A stretch of DNA of 49,908 nucleotides, from assembly GCA_022711575.1 (NCBI GenBank), contig JAKLES010000002.1, forward strand, positions 1 to 49,908, written 5' to 3'. This DNA is from Deltaproteobacteria bacterium (lineage in GTDB: Bacteria; Desulfobacterota; Syntrophia; Syntrophales; Smithellaceae). The translations under genes and the position numbers were made by a program. Shown piece after piece: positions 49,775 through 49,908 of the stretch. Under the pieces are notes generated by a model. It saw nothing but the letters and a program-made list of their open reading frames with translations. It had not been told where the DNA came from and made no database searches. Position 1 is the stretch's first letter; every line of letters begins with the position of its first letter.

Positions 49775-49908
49775 TTATGATTTCCTCCACTGGCGGCGGG
49801 GTGATGTCTTCGAGGAAGCAAAAGCCATCGTGGACCTTGAGTGATTCGATGGTGGCTTCGTCACTATTGAAAACCACCGGCACAGTCTCGGGCGTCTCCA
49901 TGTTGGTG
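49767..49908 (-). CDS. 3' end of an ORF entering from the right edge (44 aa from an internal ATG at 49901)
   Basis: Read by eye: ..STNMETPETVPVVFNSDEATIESLKVHDGFCFLEDITPPPVEEIING stop. The frame is open to the window edge. It is in frame with the ORF leaving the left edge (1-404) if the sequence is circular. Confidence 0.45.
   Translation of the reverse strand, partial: TNMETPETVPVVFNSDEATIESLKVHDGFCFLEDITPPPVEEIING

Noticed and set aside
1-49908. Prophage with host flanks (suggested by the G+C-rich ends), an integrase or att sites
   Set aside because: Both G+C-rich ends are translationally coupled to phage-like genes. No integrase, recombinase or repressor motif was seen, and no direct repeat is shared by the two ends. 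A circularly permuted phage genome with a small foreign island fits better.
1-49908. Stop-codon reassignment (recoded phage)
   Set aside because: ORFs up to 1519 aa are intact under the standard code. TAA, TAG and TGA all terminate well-coupled genes, for example the ATGA overlaps and the TAG at 6115.

Overview
The window reads as a near-complete, possibly complete and circularly permuted, ~49.9-kb genome of an AT-rich tailed phage. It looks lytic: I found no integrase, tRNA or CRISPR array. All three stop codons are used, so the code is standard. The genes form two arms that diverge from a 1.26-kb non-coding region (9349-10612). The plus-strand arm (10.6-30.5 kb) carries early, replication and accessory genes. 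These include an SNF2-like helicase, a Cas4-like nuclease, a Sak4-like ATPase, a family-A DNA polymerase split into two ORFs, and a P-loop NTPase. The minus-strand arm (9.3 kb down to 1, apparently continuing from 49.9 kb down to 30.4 kb) carries virion and lysis genes. In transcription order these are a possible small terminase, TerL, portal, scaffold, capsid, several secreted proteins, a lysis-like cassette, fibre, tailspike, and large internal proteins including a 1519-aa one. No tape measure, sheath or tube gene was recognised, so a short-tailed architecture is inferred. The main hunt result is a candidate phage-borne sigma-54 transcription switch. Gene 14808-15545 encodes a 245-aa enhancer-binding-protein AAA+ core with no sensor domain and no DNA-binding domain. 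Four intergenic sites share the -24/-12 pattern TGGCAT-N6-TGCTT with exact GG-N10-GC spacing: upstream of the late operon, upstream of the capsid gene, in the central non-coding region, and in front of a monocistronic gene that ends in a strong terminator. A fifth, weaker copy lies inside a tail gene. Other notable signals are: (1) a 2.27-kb multi-gene cassette (B12-type radical SAM, secreted FN3 protein, small ORFs) splitting the polymerase; (2) strong over-representation of CCTC(C)G (often CCTCSGAGG) in all reading frames against CpG depletion; (3) CpG-normal, motif-free fibre modules; (4) an origin-like iteron and A/T-tract region; (5) a leader-ORF plus terminator attenuator before the first early gene; (6) many signal-peptide proteins inside the virion module; (7) a G+C-rich island at both window ends whose ORF is in frame across a circular junction. 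All functional calls rest on motifs read by eye. No database search was possible.
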